The notes beneath the pieces are model-generated. The model was not told the DNA's origin. It saw only the letters and a list, made by a program, of their open reading frames with translations, and searched no databases. From assembly GCA_023416895.1 (NCBI GenBank), contig JAEZGQ010000002.1, positions 1 through 45,360 of the forward strand: a DNA stretch of 45,360 nucleotides. The letters are read 5' to 3'. Below are positions 34,413 through 43,115 of this stretch, one piece after another; position 1 is the stretch's first letter, and every line of letters begins with the position of its first letter. The DNA is from Bacillota bacterium. Its GTDB lineage: Bacteria > Bacillota > Clostridia > Christensenellales > CAG-138. The position numbers were made by a program, and so were the translations under genes.

Positions 34413-37145
34413 ATGGAAAGCTTGACAAAAATGTGGTTCCCCGAGGGCTATCAGTGTAAATACAACGAAAAGGTGATGGCGCTCGCGAACATGCTTGGCC
34501 GTAAAAAGCCAGGCAAGGGTTATGCCTGGGATGACCCGGAATACGTCATTCTGGAAGCGGGTGTTGACGATGAAATGGCCGAAATGGGCCTTGCCATGGG
34601 TTATTTTACAAGACGCACGGCGGCTGAAATGGCAGCCATTACCGGAAAACCCGAGGAATATTGCCACGAACAGATGATGAAGCTCGCCCAGTACGGCACC
34701 TGCTTTGTGAACGTCATCAACGGCGTTGATACCTTTTGGCATGCCGAAAGCTGGATACCCGGCATTATGGAAATGATCGTTAACAACCTCGACAACGTGG
34801 AAAAGTACCCCGTTGTGGCCTACGCCATGGAGGCATACGGGCGCGTGCGCGGGCCGTTTAGCGCGGGCATGTTCCCGCCGGGCATCGGGCTGATGCGCGT
34901 AATCCCCATTGAGTCTGCAATCGAAGGCAACACCCGCCGCGCAAGCTACGAGGAGGTTTCCACCTATCTTAATCAAAACACAGTGTTCTCCTGTTCGCCC
35001 TGTTCCTGCCGTACCGACCGCGAGGTCATGGGCGAGGGCTGCGGCCATTTGAAAGAGGATATGTGCATCCAACTAGGGGCCGGGGCGGAGTATTATATCC
35101 GCACGGGCCGCGCTCGCGCCATCACGCGAGAAGAGGCGTTTGACATCATCCGCCGCGCGGAGGAAAACGGCCTTATGCACCAAATCCCAAACATCGACGG
35201 TTCGGGGAAAACGCACGCCATCTGCAATTGCTGCGGCTGCGGCTGCTTGTCGCTTCGCACGGGTGCGATGTACAAAAACACCGACATGCTGCGCTCCAAC
35301 TATGTATCCCGTGTGGACAAGGAAAAATGCGTGGCGTGCGGACAATGCGTGGAAAACTGCCCCACCAATGCGCTCAAGCTTGGGCAGAAGCTCTGCTCGC
35401 GCGGTCCGGTAACAGAGGATATTACAACCCGCTACACCCCGCGGGACAACGAATGGGTGCAGAAGGATTGGAATGCCGATTACCGCATCAACCGCGAGGA
35501 AGTGGTGGATACAGGTACTGCTCCGTGCAAGACCAACTGCCCCGCGCATATCGCCGTGCAGGGTTACATTAAACTTGCAGCACAGGGGAGATATGCGGAA
35601 GCGCTCGAGCTTATCAAAATGGAAAACCCGTTTCCCGCGGTTTGCGGCCGCGTTTGCAACCGCCGCTGCGAGGATGCCTGCACACGGGGCAATCTGGATG
35701 AGCCCATTGCCATCGACGAGATCAAAAAGTTCATCGCCGAGCAGGATTTAAACAAGGAAACACGCTTTATCCCGAAAAAACGTTACGATTACAGCGACAA
35801 AAAGATCGCGGTTGTCGGCGCCGGTCCAGCGGGGCTTTCCTGCGCGTATTACTTGGCAATCGACGGTTACGATGTTACTGTGTTTGAAAAACAGCAGCGC
35901 CTAGGCGGTATGCTTACGCTTGGCATTCCTTCGTTTGTGCTCGAGAAGAACGTGGTGGACGCGGAGATCGACGTGCTTCGTGAGCTTGGCGTAACCTTCA
36001 AAACCGGCGTGGAGGTCGGCAAGGACGTTACGCTTGATGAATTGCGCGCGCAGGGCTACAAGGCGTTTTACCTCGCCGTTGGCGCGCAGCAGGGCCGAAG
36101 CCTTAACCTTCCGGGCGAGGATGCCCAAGGGGTTATGTCCGGCGTGGAGTTTTTAAGAAACGTCAACCTCTCCGAGGAAAGGCTTTTAAACGGAAAGGTT
36201 ATTGTGATCGGCGGCGGCAATGTGGCCATCGACGTAGCGCGCTGCGCCGTGCGAAGCGGCGGCGAACAGGTTTCCATGTACTGCCTTGAAAAGCCTGAGG
36301 AAATGCCTGCGCTCCCCGAGGAAATCGAGCTTGCGCACAGCGAGGGCATCTCCGTTTGCAACGGATGGGGACCCAAGCGCATCGTTACGGAAAACGGCAG
36401 GGTGACGGGTGTTGAGTTCATGCGCTGTGTTTCGGTTTTTGACGCGCAGGGGCGCTTCTCGCCGCAATACGATGAAAACGATACCTTTGTTGCGGATGCA
36501 CAATGGGTCGTTCTCTCGGTGGGTCAGAGCATTGAGTGGGGTGGGCTTCTTAACGGCAGCAAGGCCGTTTTGAACCGCAACAATACCCTTCAGGTGGACG
36601 ATTGGACGTACCAGACCGCCCAGCCCGACGTATTTGCGGGCGGCGACGCGGTGACCGGCCCCAAATTTGCCATCGACGCGATCGCGGCGGGCAAGCAGGC
36701 GGCGATCTCCATTCACCGCTTTGTACACCCCGGCCAGGATCTGCGCTTTGGGCGCAGCCGCCGCGCCTTCATCGAACTCGACAAATCCGCCGCCATCCTT
36801 GAAAGCTACGACAACACGCCCCGTCAGCGCGTTGGTGCGGTGGAAGGGGAGAAGGCAAAAGCGACCTTTAGGGATATGCGCAAAACCTTTACTGAGGAGC
36901 AAATGAAAAAGGAAAGCGAACGCTGCCTCGGCTGCGGCGCTACGGTGGTGGATGAATACATGTGCGTGGGCTGCGGCATGTGCGTTACCAAGTGCAAGTT
37001 CGACGCAATCAGCCTTGAGCGCGTGTACAATGGCGAGGGGGTTAAGTTCCTTTCGATCAAAAAAGCCATTACGCCGCATGTGCTCAAGCGCAAAGTCAGG
37101 ATCGCCGTCAAAAAGGCAAAGAACCTCTTTGTGAAGGCAAAATAA
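34413..37145 (+). CDS. 910 aa multidomain Fe-S flavoprotein: Cys-rich N-terminal domain + ferredoxin motif + GltD-like NAD(P)H/FAD oxidoreductase + C-terminal 4Fe-4S motif
   Basis: Cys motifs are CSPCSC, CNCCGCGC, CVACGQCVENCP, CGRVCNRRCEDAC and CVGCGMCVTKC. Rossmann motifs are VVGAGPAGLSCA and VIGGGNVAIDVA. Confidence 0.75.
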   Translation: MESLTKMWFPEGYQCKYNEKVMALANMLGRKKPGKGYAWDDPEYVILEAGVDDEMAEMGLAMGYFTRRTAAEMAAITGKPEEYCHEQMMKLAQYGTCFVNVINGVDTFWHAESWIPGIMEMIVNNLDNVEKYPVVAYAMEAYGRVRGPFSAGMFPPGIGLMRVIPIESAIEGNTRRASYEEVSTYLNQNTVFSCSPCSCRTDREVMGEGCGHLKEDMCIQLGAGAEYYIRTGRARAITREEAFDIIRRAEENGLMHQIPNIDGSGKTHAICNCCGCGCLSLRTGAMYKNTDMLRSNYVSRVDKEKCVACGQCVENCPTNALKLGQKLCSRGPVTEDITTRYTPRDNEWVQKDWNADYRINREEVVDTGTAPCKTNCPAHIAVQGYIKLAAQGRYAEALELIKMENPFPAVCGRVCNRRCEDACTRGNLDEPIAIDEIKKFIAEQDLNKETRFIPKKRYDYSDKKIAVVGAGPAGLSCAYYLAIDGYDVTVFEKQQRLGGMLTLGIPSFVLEKNVVDAEIDVLRELGVTFKTGVEVGKDVTLDELRAQGYKAFYLAVGAQQGRSLNLPGEDAQGVMSGVEFLRNVNLSEERLLNGKVIVIGGGNVAIDVARCAVRSGGEQVSMYCLEKPEEMPALPEEIELAHSEGISVCNGWGPKRIVTENGRVTGVEFMRCVSVFDAQGRFSPQYDENDTFVADAQWVVLSVGQSIEWGGLLNGSKAVLNRNNTLQVDDWTYQTAQPDVFAGGDAVTGPKFAIDAIAAGKQAAISIHRFVHPGQDLRFGRSRRAFIELDKSAAILESYDNTPRQRVGAVEGEKAKATFRDMRKTFTEEQMKKESERCLGCGATVVDEYMCVGCGMCVTKCKFDAISLERVYNGEGVKFLSIKKAITPHVLKRKVRIAVKKAKNLFVKAK

Positions 37146-37167
37146 GCACGGAAACGCGGTGAAAGGC

Positions 37168-37509
37168 ATGCACGAGCTTGGCGTTGTGCTCGAAGTCGTA
37201 AAAACGGTAGAAAAAATTTATGAGGAGCGGCACCTTTCAAAAATTGACGCCCTGGTGCTGCAAATCGGCGAGCTTTCCTCCATGGTTCCAAAATATGTGG
37301 AGGCATGCTATCCCGCCGCGGTTGAGGGCACTGTTTTAGAGGACACGCGCCTTATAATTGAGGTTCTGCCCGGCAATGGATTTTGCACAAGCTGCAAAAA
37401 AGTGTTCAACGTTCTTCAAAACAAGGGAAAATGCCCTTGCTGCGGCACAAACCGCTTCGACCTTTTGGGCGGCAGGGAGTTTTTTATCAAAGAAATTGTG
37501 GCGTGTTAG
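37168..37509 (+). CDS. hypA: nickel metallochaperone HypA
   Basis: MHE N-terminus (Ni site) and a zinc site CTSC...CPCC. The protein is 113 aa. Confidence 0.85.
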   Translation: MHELGVVLEVVKTVEKIYEERHLSKIDALVLQIGELSSMVPKYVEACYPAAVEGTVLEDTRLIIEVLPGNGFCTSCKKVFNVLQNKGKCPCCGTNRFDLLGGREFFIKEIVAC

Positions 37510-37523
37510 CTGCCAAACGAAAG

Positions 37524-37552
37524 AACGCTTTCCCATGAGGGAAAGCGTTTTT
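37524..37552 (+). terminator. intrinsic terminator after hypA
   Basis: AACGCTTTCCC-ATGA-GGGAAAGCGTT followed by T run. Confidence 0.8.
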
Positions 37553-37675
37553 GCATACGCAATCGGGGCTCGCGACGCGTTGAAACGCGTCGATTGTTGT
37601 GGTAAGATGAGCCATCCGCTTTTCTGTTCTTTTTTACATTTATACAAAAGCGCCTTCGGGTGCATGGAGGAGATC

Positions 37676-39496
37676 ATGACGCTCAAAAAAACGGCACGCG
37701 TTTTGCTGCCCTTGCTCTCGGTGCTTGCGGTGGTCGTTTTTTTGGTTGCGCCCGCGCTGAATTCTCACGCGGTTCGCGCGCAATCGGGCGTTTTGGATCT
37801 TCGCAGATGGGATGCGCAGCGCGCGTTTGCTATTGCCGGGGAATGGCGGTGCTACAGCGGGCTTTTGCTTTCGCCCGCGCAGACGAAAAGCGGCCAAAAC
37901 GCCTCTTCTTTTGTGTATTTGCCCGCAACATGGAGTGGGGATGGCGCAAATACCTATTGCCTGCAAATCGACGGCGCATCAGAAGGTGCGCGGTACGGGC
38001 TTCGTATACAAGGGCAGACCGGGGCCTATCGTTTTTTTGTGCAGGATGAGCTGATTGCCGTATGCGGCGAACTTGCGGACACGGCGTCGGCGCCATGTGG
38101 CGAATACCGCCCGCAGACAGTCTCTTTTGCTGCACCGTCGCAAAGCTTTACGCTTACGCTTCAGGTTCAAAACAATATTTACCCGTTTTCGGGAGCAACG
38201 GAACCGGTGCTTTTCGGCACGGAACAACAGCTTGCGGAGGCTGAAAGCCTTCTTATGTGGCTTACCGCCGTTTCCGTTGCGGGCGTGGCGCTGGCGGTGG
38301 CGTATTTTTTGGCATTTTTTGCGGGGAAAGGCGCCGAGCGATCTTTTTTGGCCATGTGCGCACTTTGCTTTACGGCGGTTTTGCGGCTGCTTATCATCGG
38401 CGACGCGGCATTGAGCGGGCTTTTTCCTGCGCTTTCTCTGGAATGGCTTACAAAGCTTGACTTTCTGAGCATGCTTTTTGCGCAGCTTTTCTTAGCGCTG
38501 TTTTTGCGCGCGGCATACGCTACGTGTATGCCGCGTTTTGCCGTTGCGGCACTGTTGTGTTATGCCCTCGTTGTGGCGCTGCTTGTAGCGGTTTTGCCTC
38601 TTGCGACGTTCGTGACCTTTTATACGTGGCTCAACGTGGTGCTCCTTGTGGTGCTTGTACTTTGTGCCTGTGTGCTCGCCCGCGCCGCTTGGCGCGCGGA
38701 GGAGGGGTCTCCTGTGCTGTTCTTCGCGGTGTTGATGTTGCTTGCAATGGTACTCTATAAGCTTTTTGTTCCGGATGGAGCACTTTTTGCATACCTTGCG
38801 AAGATAACCGCGTCCGAATATCTTGTTGTTGTGTTTGTGCAGATGGGGGTCATGGCGAAGCGCTACCGAAGCGCACAGGCGCTTGAGATCGCCTATCTTA
38901 GGGGGCAGATTCGTCCGCACTTTATCAACAACGCGCTTACGGCCATCATTTCCGTTTCGCGGGAAGACCCCGAAAAGGCACGCGGCCTTCTTGCGGACTT
39001 CAGCGTTTATCTGCGTGGCTTTTACGAAAACGATCGGCTGGAAACCGTGCCGCTTTCGCGTGAGCTTGAGCTTGTAAGCGCTTATGCGGCACTTGAGCAG
39101 GCGCGGTTTGGGGAAAAGCTTCGCATACGTTATTGCATAGAAAAAGAGAACGTACTTCTACCGCCACTGACGCTACAACCGCTGGTAGAAAACGCGTTCG
39201 TCCACGGCCTTCGCCCCAAAAAAGAGGGAGGGACGGTTACGGTTTACGCCAGAAGCGAAAAAAAAGGATGGATGCGCATCGGTGTGCGCGATGATGGCGT
39301 GGGCTGCGAGCCGGGAAAGCTCGTGTGGGGTGTTGCGCTTGAAAACATCGACCGCCGTTTGCGCAAACTTTATAAAACCTCGCTCGTGTTTGCTACAGCG
39401 CAGGGCGGCGGCTGCGAGGTCTATTTCGAAATCCCCAGCAGAAAAAAAGAAAGAAAAATGGGGAAGGAGAGGCAGCATGAAAGTTTGGCTCATTGA
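37676..39496 (+). CDS. sensor histidine kinase, 7TMR-DISM extracellular/7TM module + LytS/YehU-type His_kinase + HATPase
   Basis: ATG 37676 follows GGAGGAG. There is a signal/TM segment, then an external domain (LDLRRWD...GEWRCYSGLLLSP), then 7 TM helices. Kinase motifs are LRGQIRPHFINNALTAI and LQPLVENAFVHGL. The track ORF start at 37358 overlaps hypA and is rejected. Confidence 0.85.
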   Translation: MTLKKTARVLLPLLSVLAVVVFLVAPALNSHAVRAQSGVLDLRRWDAQRAFAIAGEWRCYSGLLLSPAQTKSGQNASSFVYLPATWSGDGANTYCLQIDGASEGARYGLRIQGQTGAYRFFVQDELIAVCGELADTASAPCGEYRPQTVSFAAPSQSFTLTLQVQNNIYPFSGATEPVLFGTEQQLAEAESLLMWLTAVSVAGVALAVAYFLAFFAGKGAERSFLAMCALCFTAVLRLLIIGDAALSGLFPALSLEWLTKLDFLSMLFAQLFLALFLRAAYATCMPRFAVAALLCYALVVALLVAVLPLATFVTFYTWLNVVLLVVLVLCACVLARAAWRAEEGSPVLFFAVLMLLAMVLYKLFVPDGALFAYLAKITASEYLVVVFVQMGVMAKRYRSAQALEIAYLRGQIRPHFINNALTAIISVSREDPEKARGLLADFSVYLRGFYENDRLETVPLSRELELVSAYAALEQARFGEKLRIRYCIEKENVLLPPLTLQPLVENAFVHGLRPKKEGGTVTVYARSEKKGWMRIGVRDDGVGCEPGKLVWGVALENIDRRLRKLYKTSLVFATAQGGGCEVYFEIPSRKKERKMGKERQHESLAH

Positions 39497-40574
39497 CGAC
39501 GAACTGCCCGCCCTGAAGGAAATGGCTTACCTGCTATCACAATACAAAGAGGTAGAGATCATCGGTGCCGATACCGCTCCCTTGGAGGCGCTTGAAAAAA
39601 TGCAGCAAAACCCATCCGACGCTGTGTTTCTCGACATTGACATGCCGGAACTGAATGGGCTTGAAACCGCAGTTCGCATACGCGACGCCGCGCCGCAAAC
39701 GCTTGTGATCTTTGTGAGCGCATATCCTCAATATGCGCTTGAGGCTTACGCCACGCATCCGGAGGACTTCCTTCTCAAGCCCGTGCGCCAACAGAGGCTT
39801 CATAGCTGCATGGAACATTTGAAAAAACGGTTTCCGCCAGCGCTGCACACGGGGAAAACGCCGTTAACCATACGCTGTTTCGGTGCGTTTCACATCGGCG
39901 CGCCGATTGAGGTCAGATGGGAGACACGGCGCGTACGCGAGTTGTTTTTGTACTTGATTGACCGCTGCGGATCACCCGCCTCCAACCAAGAATTGGCAGA
40001 GGTCCTTTTTGGAGAGCCCAGCGACAAAAAAACGCTCCATAACCTTTGCATGACGCTTTACCGGCTTAAGGGTCTTCTTTATCAAATGGATCCTACGCAA
40101 ACGCTTTTACGGCTCACGGAGCAAAATGCGCTCTTGATTGCACCCGGTGTGTGCGACTTTTCAGATTTTATGCGGTTTGCCCGCGCCAACGCGGTTGTCT
40201 GCACAGGCAACGCTTCGGAGGCTGCGCGGGTGCTTGGGCTGTGCGAAGGGCCGTATCTTGATGGCATGGGGTTTGATTGGGCGGCAGAGAGTGCGCGAGA
40301 GACGGAAGAGGAATACGAACGCATCGCGCTGGGGTTGAGCGATTGGTATCAGGCAAACGCGAAAGACGAGGAAGCGGGACGCATGCTGAACGCGATGATA
40401 CAGCGCGGAGGGTTTTGCGAGGAGGCACACGTAAAGCTTATGGAGCTTGCACTTGCAAAAAATGACCGCGAGGGCTTCCTATCCTGCTATCTCCAATACG
40501 CACGCACGCTTAAGAAGGAACTTGGGCAAAGCCCTTCCCGCAGGCTGCGGGAGGCTTACGAGCGGCTCAAATAA
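39477..40574 (+). CDS. response regulator: REC + winged-helix + BTAD (SARP-like) output
   Basis: ATG 39477 follows GGAAGGAGAGG and overlaps the kinase gene by 20 nt. REC reads VWLIDDE...FLDIDMPELNG. The wHTH reads TIRCFGAFHI...RELFLYL. The BTAD tail reads GPYLDGMGFDW...EEAHVKLMELAL...KELGQSPS. Confidence 0.8.
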   Translation: MKVWLIDDELPALKEMAYLLSQYKEVEIIGADTAPLEALEKMQQNPSDAVFLDIDMPELNGLETAVRIRDAAPQTLVIFVSAYPQYALEAYATHPEDFLLKPVRQQRLHSCMEHLKKRFPPALHTGKTPLTIRCFGAFHIGAPIEVRWETRRVRELFLYLIDRCGSPASNQELAEVLFGEPSDKKTLHNLCMTLYRLKGLLYQMDPTQTLLRLTEQNALLIAPGVCDFSDFMRFARANAVVCTGNASEAARVLGLCEGPYLDGMGFDWAAESARETEEEYERIALGLSDWYQANAKDEEAGRMLNAMIQRGGFCEEAHVKLMELALAKNDREGFLSCYLQYARTLKKELGQSPSRRLREAYERLK

Positions 40575-40590
40575 ATAACGGATGGTTTTT

Positions 40591-40630
40591 AAAAGGTTAG
40601 GCGGCGCAAAACTGCGCCGCCTAACCTTTT
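40591..40630 (+). terminator. strong intrinsic terminator after the response regulator gene
   Basis: 18-bp stem AAAAGGTTAGGCGGCGCA/TGCGCCGCCTAACCTTTT. Confidence 0.8.
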
Positions 40631-40646
40631 GTGATATTTTGTGATA
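40627..40646 (+). repeat. perfect tandem direct repeat TTTTGTGATA x2 overlapping the -35 region of an extended -10 promoter (TGcTATGAT, 40653..40661)
   Basis: Read directly from the sequence. The 10-bp period equals one helical turn. The repeat lies immediately upstream of the LRR protein gene. Confidence 0.6.
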
Positions 40647-40721
40647 AGCACGTGCTATGATATGCCAAATCGGAATGGCCAAAGTGGTTTTGCGGCGGCA
40701 AACAGAATGAGGAGGGGCAGT

Positions 40722-42641
40722 ATGACGCGCAAGGGCTTAGCAATATTTTTAGCGGTGATGATGGCGGCGTTTCTTGTACCGTATACGAGAGCATCGGCAG
40801 AGGGGGCTTTGGTCATTACCATTGCCTCGCATACGGCAGGGCAGCTTGAAGCGGAGGTGGACGCTCAAAAGGGTATCAGCGCCTATTCTGATATCACAGG
40901 GCTTGTTGTTGCGGGCGGCACGCTCAACAATACCGACAGGATTTTCTTGTATACAAGCGGAATGAGCGCCAACCTTCAAACCATCGATTGGACGGCAACA
41001 AGCCTTGATTATTCCGGCTATGAGGTAGATCCTGAGGCCGCTCCAAACCTCCTTCCCCAATATGCGTTTGGCAACTGGAGCAAACTCGCTTCTGTAAAGC
41101 TACCAGATAGTATCACAAAAATATCTGAATGGGCGTTTAGCAACTGTGGAGAGTTGACCTCTGTAACGCTTCCCTCCGCACTGAGCCAAATCGAGTACAA
41201 CGTATTTTATAACAGTAGCAAGCTTACCTCCATTACCCTTCCCGCCAACCCCGTGGGGTTTATTTGCCATCCGAACGCCTTTACTGGCATCGCTTCCGAT
41301 GCGGCACTGTATGTAACGCCTGGTACGCAAAGCGCGTGGGACGCAAAGGATTATGGTGCAACCGACGGGAAGCTTAATGGGGTTCGCATTGAAAACCTTG
41401 CGCCGCTGCTCAGCAACATAACTGCACAGAGAACTTCTGAAACCGCCGCGACCATAACTTTCTATTCCTCGGAGGCAGGAACGTGCTATTACGCGGTCGT
41501 AGAAGCGGGCGCGGCTGCACCTGCGATTGATACATCAACTGGCGGCGCTGCGATCAGCGGTACGCAAAAGAATACCGTTGCAATTGGCGGACTTCTAGCG
41601 GGCAAGGCTTACGATGTATATCTTGCAGCAAAAGACACGCTGGGGAATGTTACCGATTTGCCTACAAAGGTTGAACTTGAGACCTATGTGGCGCCTGTGG
41701 ATGTGGTAATCGTAAACCATGTGGCGGACGCGCTGAATAGCGAGTTGAATGCTGCTTTGACGGCGCAAGGATTATCCGGCCGTTACGATAAAATAAAAAG
41801 CCTTACCATACAGGGCGGAAACATTGGTAGCGACGACTGGAGTGTATTTATAAACCTTTGGATGGCCGCTGCAATTGAACGCCTCGATCTTTCGGGTACA
41901 ACGATAACCGAGGTTCCAAGCTATGGGTTTTGGAACTATACCTTTCGCGAGGTTTTGCTGCCTGCAACACTTGAAAGCATTGATGAAGACGCGTTTTACG
42001 GTTGCACAGCCCTTATGAAACTCAACCTACCTGCCGCTGTACCGCCTATCGTAGGGAGCACCGCGTTTGACGATATTCCTTTGGGGGCTAGCGTGCTCGT
42101 GCCTAAGGGGAGCAAGGCGCTCTACCTTTTGGCAAACGACGGTAACACGACGGATGCTTTCTGGTACGGCTTTTTGGTGATAACAGAAGAGGAGGAAACT
42201 GGGGAGACAACGGTAGCTCCCTCTGTTGGTGGTGCGTCGGCAAACGTTACAGGTGCGAACGCGGCGTTTTCGGCTGTGGCCTTTGCGGGTACGCTTGCCA
42301 TAGACGAGCGCGGCTTTGTGTACGGTATGGGCGAAAACCCCGCCATTGGAGCCACAGGCTATTTGAAGGCGGCGGCGGGGAGCGGGGCCGGGAGCTATGC
42401 CGTTACCGTTTCGGGGCTTTTGCCAAACATCAAATACCATGCGCGCGCCTATATGATTAGCGGCGGCGCTGTATACTATGGGGGTGTGTTCTCTTTCACA
42501 ACAGGCGCAGGTACAAGCGTACCAAACACCGGTTCGCAACAAAGCGTATTCGGCTTTGTTGCTGCGGGGGGGGCGGTGCTCCTGTTTGCTTGCGCTGGCA
42601 CGCTACGCTTTGCTAAACGAAGCGGCAAGCGTCAAAAATAA
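40722..42641 (+). CDS. cell-wall anchored leucine-rich repeat (BspA-type) surface protein with Fn3/Ig-like domains
   Basis: ATG 40722 follows GAGGAGGGG. The signal peptide ends ...YTRASAEG. There are two LRR blocks (e.g. ISEWAFSNCGELTSVTLPSAL...). The C-terminus carries a VPNTG sorting-like motif, a hydrophobic stretch and a KRSGKRQK tail. Confidence 0.8.
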   Translation: MTRKGLAIFLAVMMAAFLVPYTRASAEGALVITIASHTAGQLEAEVDAQKGISAYSDITGLVVAGGTLNNTDRIFLYTSGMSANLQTIDWTATSLDYSGYEVDPEAAPNLLPQYAFGNWSKLASVKLPDSITKISEWAFSNCGELTSVTLPSALSQIEYNVFYNSSKLTSITLPANPVGFICHPNAFTGIASDAALYVTPGTQSAWDAKDYGATDGKLNGVRIENLAPLLSNITAQRTSETAATITFYSSEAGTCYYAVVEAGAAAPAIDTSTGGAAISGTQKNTVAIGGLLAGKAYDVYLAAKDTLGNVTDLPTKVELETYVAPVDVVIVNHVADALNSELNAALTAQGLSGRYDKIKSLTIQGGNIGSDDWSVFINLWMAAAIERLDLSGTTITEVPSYGFWNYTFREVLLPATLESIDEDAFYGCTALMKLNLPAAVPPIVGSTAFDDIPLGASVLVPKGSKALYLLANDGNTTDAFWYGFLVITEEEETGETTVAPSVGGASANVTGANAAFSAVAFAGTLAIDERGFVYGMGENPAIGATGYLKAAAGSGAGSYAVTVSGLLPNIKYHARAYMISGGAVYYGGVFSFTTGAGTSVPNTGSQQSVFGFVAAGGAVLLFACAGTLRFAKRSGKRQK

Positions 42642-42663
42642 GAGAACATAGCAAATAGAAAAG

Positions 42664-42701
42664 GCGGGATAGGGCTTGGCATATGCCGAACCCTATCCCG
42701 C
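42664..42701. terminator. long hairpin between convergent LRR gene and small gene
   Basis: GCGGGATAGGG...CCCTATCCCGC with an inner GGCATATGCC palindrome. Confidence 0.6.
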
Positions 42702-42770
42702 AATCGTTATCTTTCAATTAAGGTGAGCGCCGATTCAAACCCGGCGCAAAAGCTTCGTGCGGAATTACAC

Positions 42771-43040
42771 TCATCCGAGCGCGCGCTGCTTCACGATTTT
42801 TCGTATGCTGTCGGTGGATAAATAAAACTGTTTGGCAAGCTCACCAACTGCCGCGCCATTGCGGTAGCTCTGTACAATCTGGCGGTTGCGCGCTTCATAA
42901 CGTGCACGCGAACCGTTCACTTCGCCCCATGCAGCTTTGCTTTCGCCACTGGGTACATAAATAAGTTCGCCCGCGCAGTATTTTTGAAGTTCAGCCAACA
43001 GCGCCTCGGGCAATACTGCCTCTGCGTTGCGATATTTCAT
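42771..43040 (-). CDS. small conserved protein (CD3324-like / Mor-type HTH family)
   Basis: ATG 43040 follows AAGGAG. The sequence reads MKYRNAEAVLPEALLAELQKYCAGELIYVP...RNRQI...LAKQFYLSTDSIRKIV, with a C-terminal HTH-like segment. Confidence 0.6.
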   Translation of the reverse strand: MKYRNAEAVLPEALLAELQKYCAGELIYVPSGESKAAWGEVNGSRARYEARNRQIVQSYRNGAAVGELAKQFYLSTDSIRKIVKQRALG

Positions 43041-43084
43041 GCAATCTCCTTGAAAAAACATGGTCGGTTGAATGGGTGCGGAAC

Positions 43085-43115
43085 ATAAAAAAACCGCGGA
43101 GCAACCCGCGGTTTT
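43085..43115 (-). terminator. intrinsic terminator ~45 nt upstream of the CD3324-like start codon
   Basis: Minus strand reads AAAA-CCGCGG-GTTGCT-CCGCGG followed by T7. Confidence 0.7.

Noticed and set aside
36186-37306. Minus-strand ORFs 36186..37169 (327 aa) and 36824..37306
   Set aside because: They lie antisense to the Fe-S flavoprotein and hypA and have no motifs or RBS.
37358-37675. N-terminal 106 codons of track ORF 37358..39496 (would overlap hypA and its terminator)
   Set aside because: The extension crosses the hypA stop and a strong terminator. The RBS-supported ATG at 37676 begins with a normal signal/TM segment.
39282-39476. N-terminal extension of the response-regulator ORF
   Set aside because: It lies inside the kinase coding region in another frame. 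ATG 39477 has a strong RBS and starts the receiver domain.
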